This document shows, one piece after another, positions 12,942 through 27,200 of a stretch of 64,000 nucleotides of DNA. The stretch comes from Phoronis australis (taxonomy: Eukaryota > Animalia > Phoronida), in assembly GCA_002633005.1 (NCBI GenBank), contig NMRA01000220.1:228444-292443 (forward strand). The letters run 5' to 3'. Each line of letters opens with the position of its first letter. Within the stretch, counting starts at the first letter, position 1. The position numbers were made by a program, and so were the translations under genes. The notes beneath the pieces are model-generated. The model worked only from the letters and a program-made list of their open reading frames with translations. It made no database searches and was not told the origin of the DNA.

Positions 12942-13158
12942 ATGGCCAAGAGGTGTTATTGTGGCGTGTGTAATTCAGACAGTCGATATACCGACAGAGA
13001 TGAAAGTCCTTTCAATTTTTGGCCTTTTCCAAAGCCTAAAAGTGACGTTGTAATGAGCAAACTGTGCCGTTAATTAAACTGTGTGTACTCCCGCACGAGC
13101 AGCCTAGCCTGTCAACAATGTTTGACCACTCGAAAGCTAAACACAAATGTATTCTAAG
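12942..13158 (+). pseudogene. Degenerate THAP-domain exon of a DNA transposon
   Basis: Reads MAKRCYCGVCNSDSRY...FWPFPKPKSD, then stop/frameshift. C-x4-C plus PFPKPK matches transposon THAP N-termini. Related relic at 44784. Confidence 0.65.
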
Positions 13159-14507
13159 GTATGCACTCTTTTTAATAGTTCTTCCCAATATCGGAATTTT
13201 GGCTCTGGATTACAGTTTTGTTTAGTGTGACCCGCCGCCTCTGCGATCACTTAGTGGTTCATTATAACCATAAATGACAACCATTTCCACAGCACTTACG
13301 AAAACGAGTTAAAATATAGTCAATCATCCCATGCCTACCTGCTTACCTATTAGAGGCTTTTACATGTACATCTATACTGACTGTGAGTGTTGTTCTAGGC
13401 CTATTCGTAACTTCTCACTCTTGGCCCTGTCCCTCGAGCAACCTAGGCTCGTGGCATGTTATTATCTCGACAAAGATTGCCAGTAAAAGCCAAAGTGAAG
13501 GATTGAAAACATTATTATGAACATCGGAGAATATGCACATTAATTACCGAAAATACGTAGCATACACATTTTTACTAAGTAAATGTGTATATGATACTAG
13601 AAAGTCTGCGGTGTATGATTTTTGTCTTTATACCAATATACTATTATTTAAATCACGTGACAATGTCTTTTTAGTAAAATTGAGTGAAAAGGTATATGAT
13701 ACGCTATTAAAACAGAAAACATCCTTTTTAATACTTAAAACATTTTTCTGCGTTCTTCAAATCGAAAGGGTGACGCTGTGAGTCACAACGAAAACGCTGT
13801 GCGCACAGCGGCTGAATGGCTGTAAGTTGCATTAGTTTTAATTCCCGTATCTCGAATGATTGCTTAAAACGATACCAAATCGTATTTAGACGATTTTACC
13901 TAAAATTAGTTCTGTTACCTATAATTGGTTAATTTTTACTTGCACGTAATAATGAAAACTTTGTTTTGGTAAAACACTTTCCTCACTGACAAAATAGATT
14001 TGGCGAGTGGAGATACGCCGTCTCTCCCCAAAGCCGTGCATTAAGTCCTTCCGGCGCGTTAGTCACGCTAAACAATAGCATAATTTATAAGAAGTTGTGG
14101 AACTTGAATTAAAGTGCCAAGGAATGACGAAGGTCTAAAGAACATTTAGTTCAATTTTGTATTCATATCCGTTGATGGCCACAATCCGGGTTTAGTATCC
14201 TTTTAAAGTGACAAGTTGTCATGTACCGAGACTGAGATAAAAAATCGACGCGCGTCTCGTCGTCTAACCTCCAATTTGAGGAATAACTATTTCTATTGAT
14301 TGTATTTTAGGAAAATCGACGAAATCATACTAAAATGTAGCAAATTCACCAGAAACGCCTTAAAAAGTTTAAGTTCTCCTTTATCTTTGAGCCATATTTC
14401 AGCTCTGGCTGGCCCTTATTTAATTATCGTATCTATGCAGCTGTATGGGAATTTGATTCTGCTCTCACTCATATGAGCGAACACAGTCACCGAAGCAGAC
14501 TTAAAAT

Positions 14508-14672
14508 TGACCAAATATGTAAATTACGTGCGCGAATTAAATTTAATTTACGCCGTTAAAAGTTAATTTAATTTTAATAATGAATCTACGCCATTAGTAA
14601 TTAATTTACGCCACTAACTAGAATTAATGTACGCACGTAATTTACGTGCGTAACGTTCACCCATTTGGCCAA
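14508..14672. repeat. AT-rich imperfect palindrome / MITE-like repeat
   Basis: GTAAATTACGTGCG (14519) pairs with CGCACGTAATTTAC (about 14632), with repeated TAATTTACGCC units between. Confidence 0.5.
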
Positions 14673-16099
14673 CGATACAGAATGGCGGATCGGACATCGC
14701 TCAATGGAGCTTTACGGAAATAAGAGGCGGACTTGTTGTTGCTGAGTCGTTTCCGTCATTTCACTTTGTGCGTGCATTTGATATGTGAGCCGGGCTCAGG
14801 CCAATAGTGGTCTGAGGGGGACTACTGGAGAACAGTAATGAACGTGAATATAATCAAGGACTCGCCTGCTTGGCAAAGCTAAAGCTTACAACGCTTGCTG
14901 AAATGGTTATACTGAGTCATACGTCATTACATTGTGCGTGCTCAACAGAGACTTTCAATTGTATATTTTGATACAGAAAAACGTACAGATCGACTTTGAC
15001 GTACAACTGTAATGCAGGTCTCGCGACATTACCAGGAGATGTTTAGCCATTAAAATTTCTGAAAATTTTTTTCTTATATGTAGTTCGCGAGACCAATATC
15101 ACCGGTTTACGTCAGAGCCTATTGTGTACAGTGTATCTGCACCCAAACTGAAAATCTGTAAGTCATCGAATCACCCTGCATTTTGAGAAAAGCTAGAGCG
15201 CTGAGAATGTGACGTCAGCATACCCATACACTGTATATGTATATACAATGACAGCACGATAACGACCGTGTTGTTAGTCCATACTAAGGGACGGAAAAGT
15301 CGATGAAATTGTCTGAAACCACAGACGGCTGGATTTCATCGCGTCGATCACTGGCACTGGTACCATACAAAGTCAAATTATTTTGAAGACACTTGTGCAG
15401 TAAAAATAAAAAAATAAAGAAAAGACGCTAGGAGGATACACAGACAACTGCGTGAGAGATTTTTATAATTATCTACAAGCCCATTACGAGGTTACCATCG
15501 GAAAATGTTATCGAAAGCACTAATGTCGAATGCGTCTATAACACTGCGAACTGACGTTTAAGGTTCAGTGGCACACGACTGCCTGACCAAATCAGTACGC
15601 GAGGACAACCAACAAATGTTAAAACTGTATCTTATTGTTGTGGAGTAGTTTAGTCTCTCAACAACTTGGTGAATTTTAGGTGAGTAATCACTACATTTTT
15701 AATTATATCATCAAGTCCATAATAAATGCATATTCTAACTGGATTTCCAGTAGACGCTGAATGACTAAATTAGGAATAATGCGAGCTTGGATGGATTATC
15801 TCTGGTTTCTCAGTACAAACCATGACTCTTGATACTTGCCCGGCGGTGTATATGACGCTGTGGTGCGCGTGAATTGTTCTATTGATTACCGACTCGTTTT
15901 ATGATTAGGGCGTTAATTCTCTGATATTAGTGGTCTAAACGAATATAAATTCGAATGTATTTTCAATGAAATGCCAAAAAGAAAGTAACACGTAATTTAG
16001 TGAAATGCCATGGCACATAATTGTCAAATGAAAAGTGCCGAATCGGCAAAACAAAGGAAACCGAAATGGGTGCTTAGCATTTCACTTTCTTGTGAAGGT

Positions 16100-17400
16100 T
16101 TTGTCAACCACTTTGTTGAGTGGGACAAGCTTCCGTGCTCCGTACATTGTACAACGCAGGGTCAAAATCTTGTAAGATTTTGATGACTTCTTCTGTCGGG
16201 ATATCGTGACTAAGTGAAGCAAAGGCTCTCTGGAACTTGTTACTTTTTGCCACGATTGCATATGGTCTGTTCTTTCCTTTCCTTACAAATGCAGAAGTAT
16301 AGTCACAACCAGTGAACGCGAGTAGGCCGGTAAGTGCATCACACATAGCTCTGCCTATCGTACATTCCGTCATTCGGGAGGCGGTATCAGCATTGATTGT
16401 TTGCTCCAGGGTACGATCGAATGAATTCGTGCAAATTCATTGTTCAATCGTCTGACTGAAAAACCTTCAGGATGGGAACTATCTAAATTCATCCTGTCAA
16501 GTTGGTCTTTTGACATCCAGCTTGCACAGTTCTGTCTGTTTGATGCAAAAACAGATCAGCAATAGGTGTCAAAATGGTGACGAAGAGATCAATATTTGTT
16601 CCTCTAACTGCGCGTTCGACAGTGTGGCAGATGCATGTACAGACATTGCCCAAAACTGTGCTGTTCGACCAAGATCTCCATTTCCAGCGCTCTTCTAGAA
16701 CCTCTCAAAAGCTTCAAATAGCCCTTAGAATAGTGTTGAGCTACAGATACCATCAACATCTTCCATCTTTTCTAGGGACACATTGTGAAGTTCCAGGAGA
16801 ACCAAGCCTGCGTTAACATATTCCTTCATGAACCGTCGGAAAAGTATTGTTTCCAACGCAAGGGCAAGCATTGGGTGCAGTCGTTTACACCCTTTGCAGT
16901 TTAAGCATTCTATGAAGCCTCTCAGAGATCCCGGTGCTAATGCATGTACACCCGAGTCTGTTAACATCGCTGATCCACCCGATTCTGGGATAAACTTTCC
17001 AATGGCTCTCTAAAAGTAACACATAAGAATGTGGAATACCCCAAAAATTATTGAGACCTTGTCGAACTCTGGCTGACAGGTGACTTGGATTACATGTGCA
17101 GTCTTTGCAACATCTAGATCATATGTAACCAGAGCATACACTGTACATGTACATGTACGTCTGGCAATATTCCTCTGTACACTTCAGAGCTGTGTGCACG
17201 TGTCCACAACAATGTCATTTTTGTAATGGGTTAACTCAGTTTCGGCATTTAATGAATAACTTACTTCGACAACTTATCTGGGTGAAAACGTGCGTTAACT
17301 TCAACCCAAATTGGTGTAGTTTCTGAATTGAGGATGTAGCGTACGAGGAACAATGTGTCCAGTTTCTGTGCGCGACCAGAAATTTCAAGAAACTTGCTAA
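16100..17400 (-). mobile_element. Degenerate Academ-type transposase relic
   Basis: Minus-strand fragments VTYDLDVAKTAHVIQ...FGVFHILM, GKFIPESGGSAMLTDSGVHALAPGSLRGFI...CKRLHPMLALALE and LLAFTGCDYTSAFVRKGK match recalled Academ transposase and XPG-like motifs. Stops and frameshifts are present. Confidence 0.75.
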
Positions 17401-17449
17401 ACGCGGTATCAGGGTATTGAAACTGGTTCATCCGTAGCTTCTTGAGATT

Positions 17450-18450
17450 AAATAAATGATTAATTAACTGCTCGATAATTATTGGTTCTTAATTAAAACC
17501 CCCAGAATTTTTCATGTCTTAAGTTACGAATGACTTTATTCCTTTGGATTAAAATTTTATTCATAGCATCAATCAAAATGTTTAGAGTTCCCTTTTTTGC
17601 AAGTTCAGTATTGTTCCTCGGGATCCACACACCCCCGTCGTAGCTGCAAACCCGAGGAAAAATTCCGTCTTAAGTGGATATGGTGTCCAAAGTAACTAAA
17701 CTATCTTTTGTTGCCCTTGAAAGTTTAAATAGATCGTTAATTGGTCGTTAATTAATAAGTGTCTTAATTAACAACACAAGAGTTTTTCATGTCATAACTG
17801 GTATTTTTGTTCATTTGAAATAATGTTTTGTCCATAGCAGTAATCAAAATTTTCGCATTTTCTCTTTTATACAGTACAAGTTCATTTTGGGGTCCTCTTA
17901 TCTCCTGGGGTCAAAACACCCCCCGTCTTATCTGCAAACCCAGGAAAAATCGCGTTTTGGATATGGTGTCTGGAGTTACTAAACTATCTTTTGGAAAAAG
18001 AATTTTTGTTGCACTTAAAGATTAAAATAAATCGTTAATTGGTAGTTAATTAGTAGGCGTCTTAATTAATAACCCCAGGCATTTTCGCGTCTTAAGAATG
18101 GTTCTATATAAAAACCATATGAAAATGAAAAATCTCTATATACTCAAAAATTCATACAGAGCTAATACTTTGTGCATGTGTTGGGATGCTGACCCAAAGT
18201 ACACTGCTGTAATATTTGCACTCAATGACCTTTGGTTACCGAGATATTTGGCGATAAAGGAATATTTTGCATTTTTCATGTCAGTAAAACGGCATTTTTT
18301 GAACGGCAAAAATAAGACTTGGAAAACTGGTGACAAAGGTTTGACATTGATGGTCATAAAGACTCATGTAAGGTTAGTAAGTAAATGAAATTTGCAGCTC
18401 ATAGGTACAATTAAATTTCCAACAAGGGAGAAAACTCCGAGACCACTTTT
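17450..18450. repeat. Subterminal tandem repeats (about 290-bp unit, three copies), probably the 5' end of the Academ element
   Basis: TTAATT...TCTTAATTAA...TTTTC..GTC recurs at about 17455, 17735 and 18030. The block ends near CCGAGACCACTTTTTAGG (18438-18454). Confidence 0.55.
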
Positions 18451-19099
18451 TAGGCCAGTCACAAGTGGCAAGATGTTGTTTAACCTGCCTGCTATATCGG
18501 AATATATTTGATGTTGAATTTTTTGTGAAGACACTTCTAACATTGAACTTTGATAATTGCTTTTGAAAAAACTTGTCTTGCTAAACGTGGCCCTCGTATT
18601 TGGGCATTTTTGTGAAGTGGCCTTACTCTGACTGACAAGAGAATTGAGGCTACTCTTTTAGCTCGGAGATATCACCTCAAATATATGATCTAATATCAAC
18701 AATGCAATACCACAAAAGTTTAAGTTTCACTTTTGAGACCCCAATTTTCTAAAACACTCCATTCTTTGTTTAACTTAACCAATAGTACTTTAGGGTTCGA
18801 GATTACATGCATTTCCTGTCACTGCAAAGAATATAGAGGAATTTTTTTCTTGTTCATTTGGTCAGTTTTTGTTACATAAGTGTGATCACGGAGGAAATGT
18901 GAATTACAGTTGATTCTTGCCAGAGCTGAAGATAGGAGGCTGGACTGGCAAACCAGTGGAAATGCCTCGTTATTGGTTTTACACATCGACATGAGTTTGG
19001 ACTTGGCTTTAGACAAAAATTGAAGTGCTGTTATCCAGAACACGCACCATATTGTAAGAGGGAAAACCAGAAACAAGCAAAACAGGATCTTGTGTCATC

Positions 19100-20330
19100 T
19101 CTCACCCACACACCAAGTTTTGGTTGTAATGGATTTTGCAATGAAGTTCATACCCATCAGTTTCCGTAAAGTACTTACATCCATACTCTAGATGCCTGCA
19201 AGCAAAACTTTTTCACTATTTTCTGTTTCATGCTAGATGGGCTAAGGCAGGTGAATGCTAGGGATCCACAAATAACCGAAGCTTTCCTACGCTCCGACAA
19301 TGTCAATTGTTATCATTCAGCCGCCTTTTTGGTTCATTTGTTCTACATGTCTGGTAACACCGGAATCTCCATTCTGCGCTACGACTTCAGTGGAAGTCAG
19401 AAAGGAAAAGACATCTGTGACAGGAAAATCGCACCCTTGAAGTCCCATGCCAAGTACTTCGCCAATGAAGGCCTGAAACATGCGCCAGAGCCTAGAGGAG
19501 GTGTCAAAGGCTGTTATGTGTCGGTCTGTAGTGTGAATGTCCCAAAGGTCCTTCCCAACTACAGTATCCCAGGGATAAGTTTGCTGACAAACTCTGAGTA
19601 TTCCGCCGATGGCATTCGAGCCTGGAAGGCCTATAGAGTACAGGAGGGAAAATTTGTCATCAACAAGTCGGGTAAACTGTTGCCTCTGAAAAGTCTTGAC
19701 CTTGCAACACTCGTGTGTTTTTCAACTCCAAGGGTTGAGTCGAGGTTGGTATCCCGTGAACGTCATACGAAGTTCACATGCACACAATATGCGTGCTCGA
19801 AATCTTTTTCTATAAATGCTGAGCTAAATGAGAACTGTTGGTGCTCATTCATCATCCTTCCAGAACGAGACTAATTTCGAGCACATTTCAAGACAATGGT
19901 CTGAGATGTCATCCTCTACCACAGTTGTATCATCACCTGAGTTGTCTGCCGTTTACGTTGTTAATCAAGTCGCCGCAGGAGAGAATGGTTGGGCCCTGAA
20001 AAGTATTAGAAAAGTGGTCCGCTTCTCTGAGAAGGTAAAGACTTACCCCAGTGATATATTTTCTGAAGGTGAACAGTCAGGCAGAAAACGACAGCCTGCT
20101 GAGGTTGTAAAGATGATGCGAGAAGCCAGGAATAAGCAAAGGGGAGTTTTCTCTTCTGAAGAGTGGCTGTCGGAGCAGCAGATTGCTGGATTTTCCTCCC
20201 GTATGATTGCCGCGTCTCGAATCGGAAATATTCAGAATATTGAAGATGCTGATGCTGCTGCTGCCCATGAGTTTGTCTCAAAGAATGAGTTGGAGTTTGA
20301 AGTCATGAATGAGTTATTATCATTAACTGT
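19100..20330 (+). mobile_element. Degenerate Sola3-like transposase relic
   Basis: VMDFAMKFIP, RSDNVNCYH, YDFSGSQKGKDICDRKIAPLKSH..YFANEG, a degenerate C2H2 remnant and C-terminal GWALK...RFSEKVK...GEQSGRK...EEWLSEQQI..FSSR. Frameshifted between ORFs 19230 and 19828. Confidence 0.7.
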
Positions 20331-23300
20331 AGAAAATTATGATCATGTTTTAGTTGTTGTCAGTTTTTATGGTAGAGTTGTGGTCATCATTATCGTAGCT
20401 AGGGGACTAGGGTCCACCCTGGGCGAAATTGGGGAACATGGACGATGACGCAAATTAGGAGCTTCCATGAGGGAAGAGATTTGAGTGGTGGCCGTTTGGG
20501 GAAAAATAATCCTAACCACTGATGGTCAACATTGAAATCTTCTGTCACTTTTTACTAGCGTTTTGTTTTATGTCCAATTTGAGACTCGTAAAGCATACTT
20601 TTTACTTGATTGATTCTATTGAAACTACTGAGATCTTTAAAGGAGTGATTATCTAGTTTTGAGAAACGTCTATCTTAGTTTCAGTAGCTCTTGTTTTCTC
20701 CAAACAAAATGCAGTTTTTTGAAGTGTTGTTTGGAAATACATCATACATGTATACTAAACCCAGCATACCTTCAAGAAACTGTGGTTTTGAGTCCGCCGC
20801 ATGAACGGAATTTACATATTGTGAAACTTTTAGCTGGTAAGTCGCAACATCACCCAATTGCTTAAATACTGGTTTGGAAAGCCGGTAACTTGGATATCAC
20901 TGAAAGTATATTTTCAATGGTAAATATCCGTACCTGTTATTTTTCTAAAATTGCAAATTCCATTGGCGCAATGCCACCATGCTCGACCGCTTTTGTGTAG
21001 TACAAGAAGCATTGCGTGAAAATTGGATGTCCAATTACATGACACTTCTGCTCGAATCCACCGTCCTATTTTCACTTGTGATCTCGAAGATCTCGATTAG
21101 TTTTAGTATGAACATTGCTAATAGTTTGAGTGGACTTTTTGAAGCGCATATAACGGGATTTGTCCAGGAGGACTGAAAATGGACCAGCATGCACTGCAGG
21201 CAGTGCGTGGGATTCTTAGTCCATTATGGTGTTCGAAAACTGAGGGGTAATGGGCACCATTAATAAGAATAAAACCTGCTTCTCTGAAGTATGAGATGGT
21301 GATGGGGGTTGTATTATTAACTCATAAGTAAATCAAAATTGACTTTTTGATTTCTGTAATCCTATAATAGATTTTTATTTTTGCAACAGCAAAACTGAAA
21401 ATCCACGAAGAAAAAATCTCTCATACAGCTTACCATGATTTCCTTCATCACTGATGTAGCAAAACGAATTATATTTGTTCTATTCGGCATCTTGGTCGAT
21501 AGATAATTGCACAATCGAGTAGCGCCTCCTAGAGTCTACTAATCAAACTGACAGTCACAGATTGGCAGAAAAGTGTGTGAGTTATGTAAAAAACTGACTG
21601 CACAAAAACTATGAAAGAGACAAGATTTTTTATTCTTGCATTGGGCTGAACAAAGACAGCAGGGACAGATAGAAGTTAACTCATTTTCCAAAGAATCCGA
21701 TATAGATTTGGGAGAGTGATAAAAATGCGTAAAATGGCCTTAATAATAAGCAGTGAAAATGATATTTTTGTAGGCTAAAATGGGAGGATATAAAAAATCA
21801 ATCAATTCATTCGAACTAGTTTTTCTTGTATGTTATTCTTTCTTCTTTCTGCTGTACAGTTATTTTTCAATAGCGTGAGCGATGATGTGTTGTTGCTTAA
21901 AAAAATGTCGCCTGCTTCCCATACTACTATTTGCTACTTTTCAGAGAAAGTACTAAGTGATCGTGAAAAGGGTTAAAAAACTCGGAAACTCTTTAAAAAC
22001 CAGGCTCAGGTTTCTTTTGACAAGGCCAGTTTATTTTCTAAGTTTCGAAAAAATTGGTGATTCTGCATATATAGCCCACCATCTGGTTTTTATATGGAAT
22101 TACTCTTAAGTTGCGTCATTATAATTTGGGTGGTGATTAGAATGAAATAAACGTAAAACAGATGTTGCACTCGAAATTTTAATTAAATGAATTTTTAGGT
22201 CCTCTTTTGGACCCCACACGGACCAAAGCCCAGGATTGCGCAACTTAAGACGCCCCTTTTCTTCAATGGTTGATGATTTACAATAGAATTGCGCACTCAA
22301 ACTTTTTGCACTCAAAAGTGTGAATAAACTCCTGCTGGCTATCCAACTAACGTTCCAGGCAAGTTACATGAACAATGCCGAAAGACCAACCGCCAAAAAC
22401 CATAATATCCACGCAGTGTGTCTAGTTTTAGTTGCGTCTTACTTTCGTCACTCAAAGGATACATCATTGGTGTGGTAGTAGGGACAGCATGTGGACTGGC
22501 GGTTGAAATCAACCAAACAGGGACCAGTATCCTTTTAAGCAGGAATGTGGGACTGATTTTTAAACTGCAATTTACAGAAACATCGTTTTCATAAACTCGC
22601 GTTTAGGTTCCGCCAAAGAAACGAACTTTTGAGTTAAACTACTTACTGCAATGGAATTGGCCTCGGTTTGTTCGCATACTCAGAAGTGAGAGAAATGACT
22701 TCTGGGAAACCTGTTTCTTGAAAAGTGACTTAAAATTTAAGCCGCAAATTTTGACATTACGCTCCACCCTACTATAATGAAAAATAATTTAATACCACTT
22801 TAACAAAATACAAAGTTTTTTAGAGTATGCTCATTTCGTGTTCTTATTATGAAAAATGATTCAGAAATTTTGACTCGCGCTTCACATTCTATTTCCAAAA
22901 GATAATTTTATCTCAGCTCGGCATAGGTACACGGTCTCTTGATATGGACCGACAACTGCAAGCTACCCATGTGTTATTTCTAAATTGTGATTTGCTAGTA
23001 ATTACATGTCAAAAACTTTATTCATTAATTGTGAAGTGGAACGCAAGTCCCGTCTGGAGGACGTAATCAACGGCTCAAATGTCAATAAGAAATATTTTGA
23101 GACAAATTTTATAAGTGGTTTAAGTGACGGTTTGTCGTAGCTCTAAAGAAACAAAATCTATTTTTGCTTGTTTTAGAAAAAACATGTTTGTCTAGATGTC
23201 AGTGAATCGTAACAAGAGCCAGCCGCGAGAAACGATGAAGTCAGCCAAATGCACGGTTTTGTTTAAATTCTTTCGAATCCGAGACACTTGACCGGTGGGA

Positions 23301-24244
23301 AGAGTTCGCTGAGCAAAAGCATTAAGTGGTGTTGTTGTATGTTGTCAAGAGTTATGCTGCGTGAAAAATTTGAGAAAATCACCTAAAGATACAAGTGATT
23401 AGCAGAAAACATTCTTAAAAATCAAGTCATTAGTATTCTTTAAATCCAATAGGTCAACCCACGGGAAAACAATTCACTTAACTATTTGGCATCTGCATTT
23501 TGTCAACTCAACCGTAATGAAACAATCAACTAAAAAAAAAGGGCTGAGAGCTTAGAGGTATTTTTGAAGTGACGTCTTGACAATATGCCAGATCTGTTCC
23601 ATCTGAGTAAATTATTTAACTGGAAGTGATTAATCAGCCAATAATTAGTCATGGTTAACAGATGAGAAATGTGAGGCGCGACAGGAAAACGGTTCATTAG
23701 TGGACATCTCCGACACTATGATAAATCTGCGTTAATTATAGCCGCAAAAACCGGGTTGGTGCAATGGCAGCAGAGACCCATCTTGTGTTCGGAGACAAAC
23801 TAATGTCCTAAACTCCTAACAACCATATTGCTTTCAAGGCAACTACTGTGGTGTCCCGTAGCGATATTTGTTTGCATCTGCAGTGTAGAGCTGTATCTCC
23901 TAAATTATTTTGCAATTCTATTCCTTGACAGAAATTGGACGGATTCGACTACCGCTGTGGTTCCAAATGTCAGTTTGTTTTATTTTACGTTTTCTTTGTA
24001 CCTTTGTAGTTCTTTGACAAATTTCTTTGCGATTTGGCAAATAGTTTTGAGAGATGACACCTTCTCATTTTTAGATGGTTTGAATGTATTTTGTGTCATC
24101 CAATGACCTTTTTTATGATAAAAATAAACGCACCTAGAAGCAACACCGTTTGCGGGGCAGTCGTGGGCGCATTTCAATTCACCGCGTTCTCTTTATTCTT
24201 GTAGATTGAGGTTACGCCACAGAGGAAACCAAAGTCGTAGAAGA

Positions 24245-24296
24245 ATGAAGGTGTCAGTCATTACTCTTGGACTTGTTTCGTTGTGTTGCACGTATA
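24245..24296 (+). CDS. nAChR coding exon 1 (signal peptide)
   Basis: [17 protein letters not shown]+A|gtaag, a hydrophobic peptide with a phase-1 donor matching exon 2. An acceptor tcttgtag at 24204 suggests an upstream UTR exon. Confidence 0.7.
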
Positions 24297-27200
24297 GTAA
24301 GAATTTCTTTTATTATGCGGTTTAATAATAAACATTGACAAGTTTTAAATTGACATTATCAGCGACAATGTTATGTACATGAACTTGAGGTCAGCCCCAA
24401 GAGAGCAAACCCGCGACCTCAACGGTCGCATACCGACGATATGCTGGTAGAGCGATGCGGCAAATACCCGAGTATTTTGAGCGTATTCTAAGTGATAAGG
24501 TCACGCACCATGATATGCGATAAGTAACGAAATCACAAAAACATCGGCACTTGGCTATTTTTAGCTCTGGCCAAAGCCAACAACTTCCAGAAGTCTATCC
24601 TACTGACCAACAATGAACCACCCTAAAACCGTCAGTGTCCTTTCGTTTCGGTTCACACGAACACTGCATCTCCAGTACGTTGCGTGCGCTTTCTTGTTCT
24701 ATTTTTACAACGAAATAAAAACACATTCAGTCGTGTACGTTTGACCTGCATCGATTAATCGCACTTCACCGAAAAGTGCATCTAAAATATTCGGTTGAAG
24801 TCAAATCAACAATCATGTCACTGTAAATAACCCAGACACTTACTTTCCAGATTTTATATTTAAAAAGATAATTTACCATCATTTTTAAAACTTCAAATGC
24901 ATTGTTTGAGGTACTGTGGAATTGGTTTCATACGACAAAGCGAAGTGAATTGAATGCTGAATTGGGAGTCAAAAACCGGGAACGAACAGAAAAGGTGCGA
25001 GCCTGGCGTTTCGTGAAACTTTATAACCCACACATGTACTTTCTTATAACGACTCCGGTTTTAAATGAGTTCTTCAGTTTCAACATGAAGTATAATTAAA
25101 TTTCCTAAAAAATTCAGAATTTCCACGTGCAGATTTATGTGTTTTTTATTACATGCTTTATTATTTTCACATTCGTTGGGAAACGGTTCCGCCCTTGTTA
25201 TAGTTAAACATTCAACAACTGGAGTTCAAATAGGTAAAGTACAGGAATGTATTCGAAAACGTCAAAATGGCATTAATTGTTCTCAGAAGTGTAAAGGCGT
25301 GCAGTGGAAGGTGCCTTTTGTGAGTAAGAGTTCCAGTGCATTAACTTTAGTGATGAATTAATGTTTGAATGTAATGTACATTAGAGAAACCAAATCGATC
25401 TCATTTACACAAATATTAAGTGCTTGATTACTGCAATTTAATTAGTGCTTGAATCATATTGCCTGTAGGAGCCAATAAATCCTTTTTATTCCAAATAGAT
25501 ATCCATAAAGCTCTATCAAAGACCTCACGAAGCTATGTCTATATCAACATGGGTCTACATAACGTGTCACCACAAAGGCACTCAGCAGTTTAGTGCGCGC
25601 AGATCTGACACTTTTCAACTATAAAACAAATAAGCACTCTCTCAGATTTGATGTGATATGTCGTTTAAGTCATTCATTCTACAACACTATCAAACTGTTG
25701 ATGCACTGGATGTTGGTCATTGCCTCAAGAATTTTATGCGCCGAATGCGGTCTATAAATTTAACGATCTGCCAATTCCAAGCACATTAACCGCTTTTCGT
25801 CTGAGTTGGGAACAAGTAGAAACCAGCCAGTTTCATGTCTATAAGTGATCAAATCAAAAGGGTTTCTAGTCATAGCTAACCATACACACAAAAATTCTTC
25901 TAACTGAGCCCTAAGATATGCTATGTCACAAAACTGGCTTTTATGTGAAATTCGCTGCCCGAATTCTGTACTCAGTATCTGACTATATGCAAGGGTTGTC
26001 GAAATAATGCAACTCACAGTTCTTTGATAACCCGTCATGTGAAAAAAATACTAGTGACCTGTTCAAGACTTTGAAACTAATAGTTCACGAAAAGAAATTT
26101 AAAAGGCAAGTTGATACATGTATGTGTGAGCGGAGTATCATTTATTTCCAATATCTTTTGCAAGTTCCATGAACCAGCGAGATGAAAAACAAATTTCAAG
26201 TACATTTTAAATATGTTGCTTCTATCTGTAAGATTTATAGCCATTAATCCGACTGGATGTATGGCTGAGCCTGTCGAAGCAATACTAGAGCTTCTACTTC
26301 AAAAGGACATTTTGCCGCCGAGGGGATAGAAGGTTTGGAATTACTTTGGGTGCTGACATAAAACAATACAACCGTTGTGTCTTTGAGATTTTATTTCAAA
26401 TCTGCAAGACATTCGATGAAATCCAGGCCGGCAAACTTACCAGTTGCTACTTCATTTATCGAATTTGTGGTTTAGCTCGTCGGCAGCGCCTGTTTGGTAC
26501 CCGTCACCGCGAAAGTTCCGGGTTCGAATCCGCTAGGGGGCGGATTTCAGAAAAGCACTTTTCTCATGGATAATATCCCTTTAACCATTACTCAGCGGTA
26601 CTCCCGACGGGCACATTTGTTCGTCCTTAAACAAGATTGAACCGTGTTAACAGCGTATCTGAAAGATGAAGCGGGGTTTTTACCCATCCCTTGGCAAAAA
26701 TCGTGGTGTTTTGAACTTTCTTTATCCTTGCTTACATGTCGGCGCATTAAAAACACTAAAGGTACGATATATAGGCTGGAATTGAAGCGAGCCGGCGATT
26801 TTTTTTCTTTTTTAGTTGATGAGCTCAAGTCTCAAGATGAGTTTGACCAGAGCCTTCTTTCCTTTATGGCCTTATCATACAAAATGATCAGTATTTCGTA
26901 TGAACAAATACAAATTCAGCTAAGTTATATCTTGGATTTTTTTCATTCTCTAAAATTCTCTTGCGCATGATTTTAGCCTTGACATCGTCACGGTTGACAA
27001 ACGTATTATTTGCCAAGTTTCTCTGTTATTGGGTTATAGCATTGTTGGCCAATTGTAGTATTTTGGTGTTGCTCTCTGACGAAGTCACTCTGCATAATGT
27101 CATTCAAGCACCTTGACCCAGGTTGGAGCGGAGTGAATAAACCGACGAAAGATGTAGTCTTTTTATAAACTTGTTATGGGCCAGTCGAATGAAAGCACGC

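Noticed and set aside
26467-26545. Possible tRNA gene
   Set aside because: A and B boxes are present but there is no cloverleaf; it continues into a SINE-like body.
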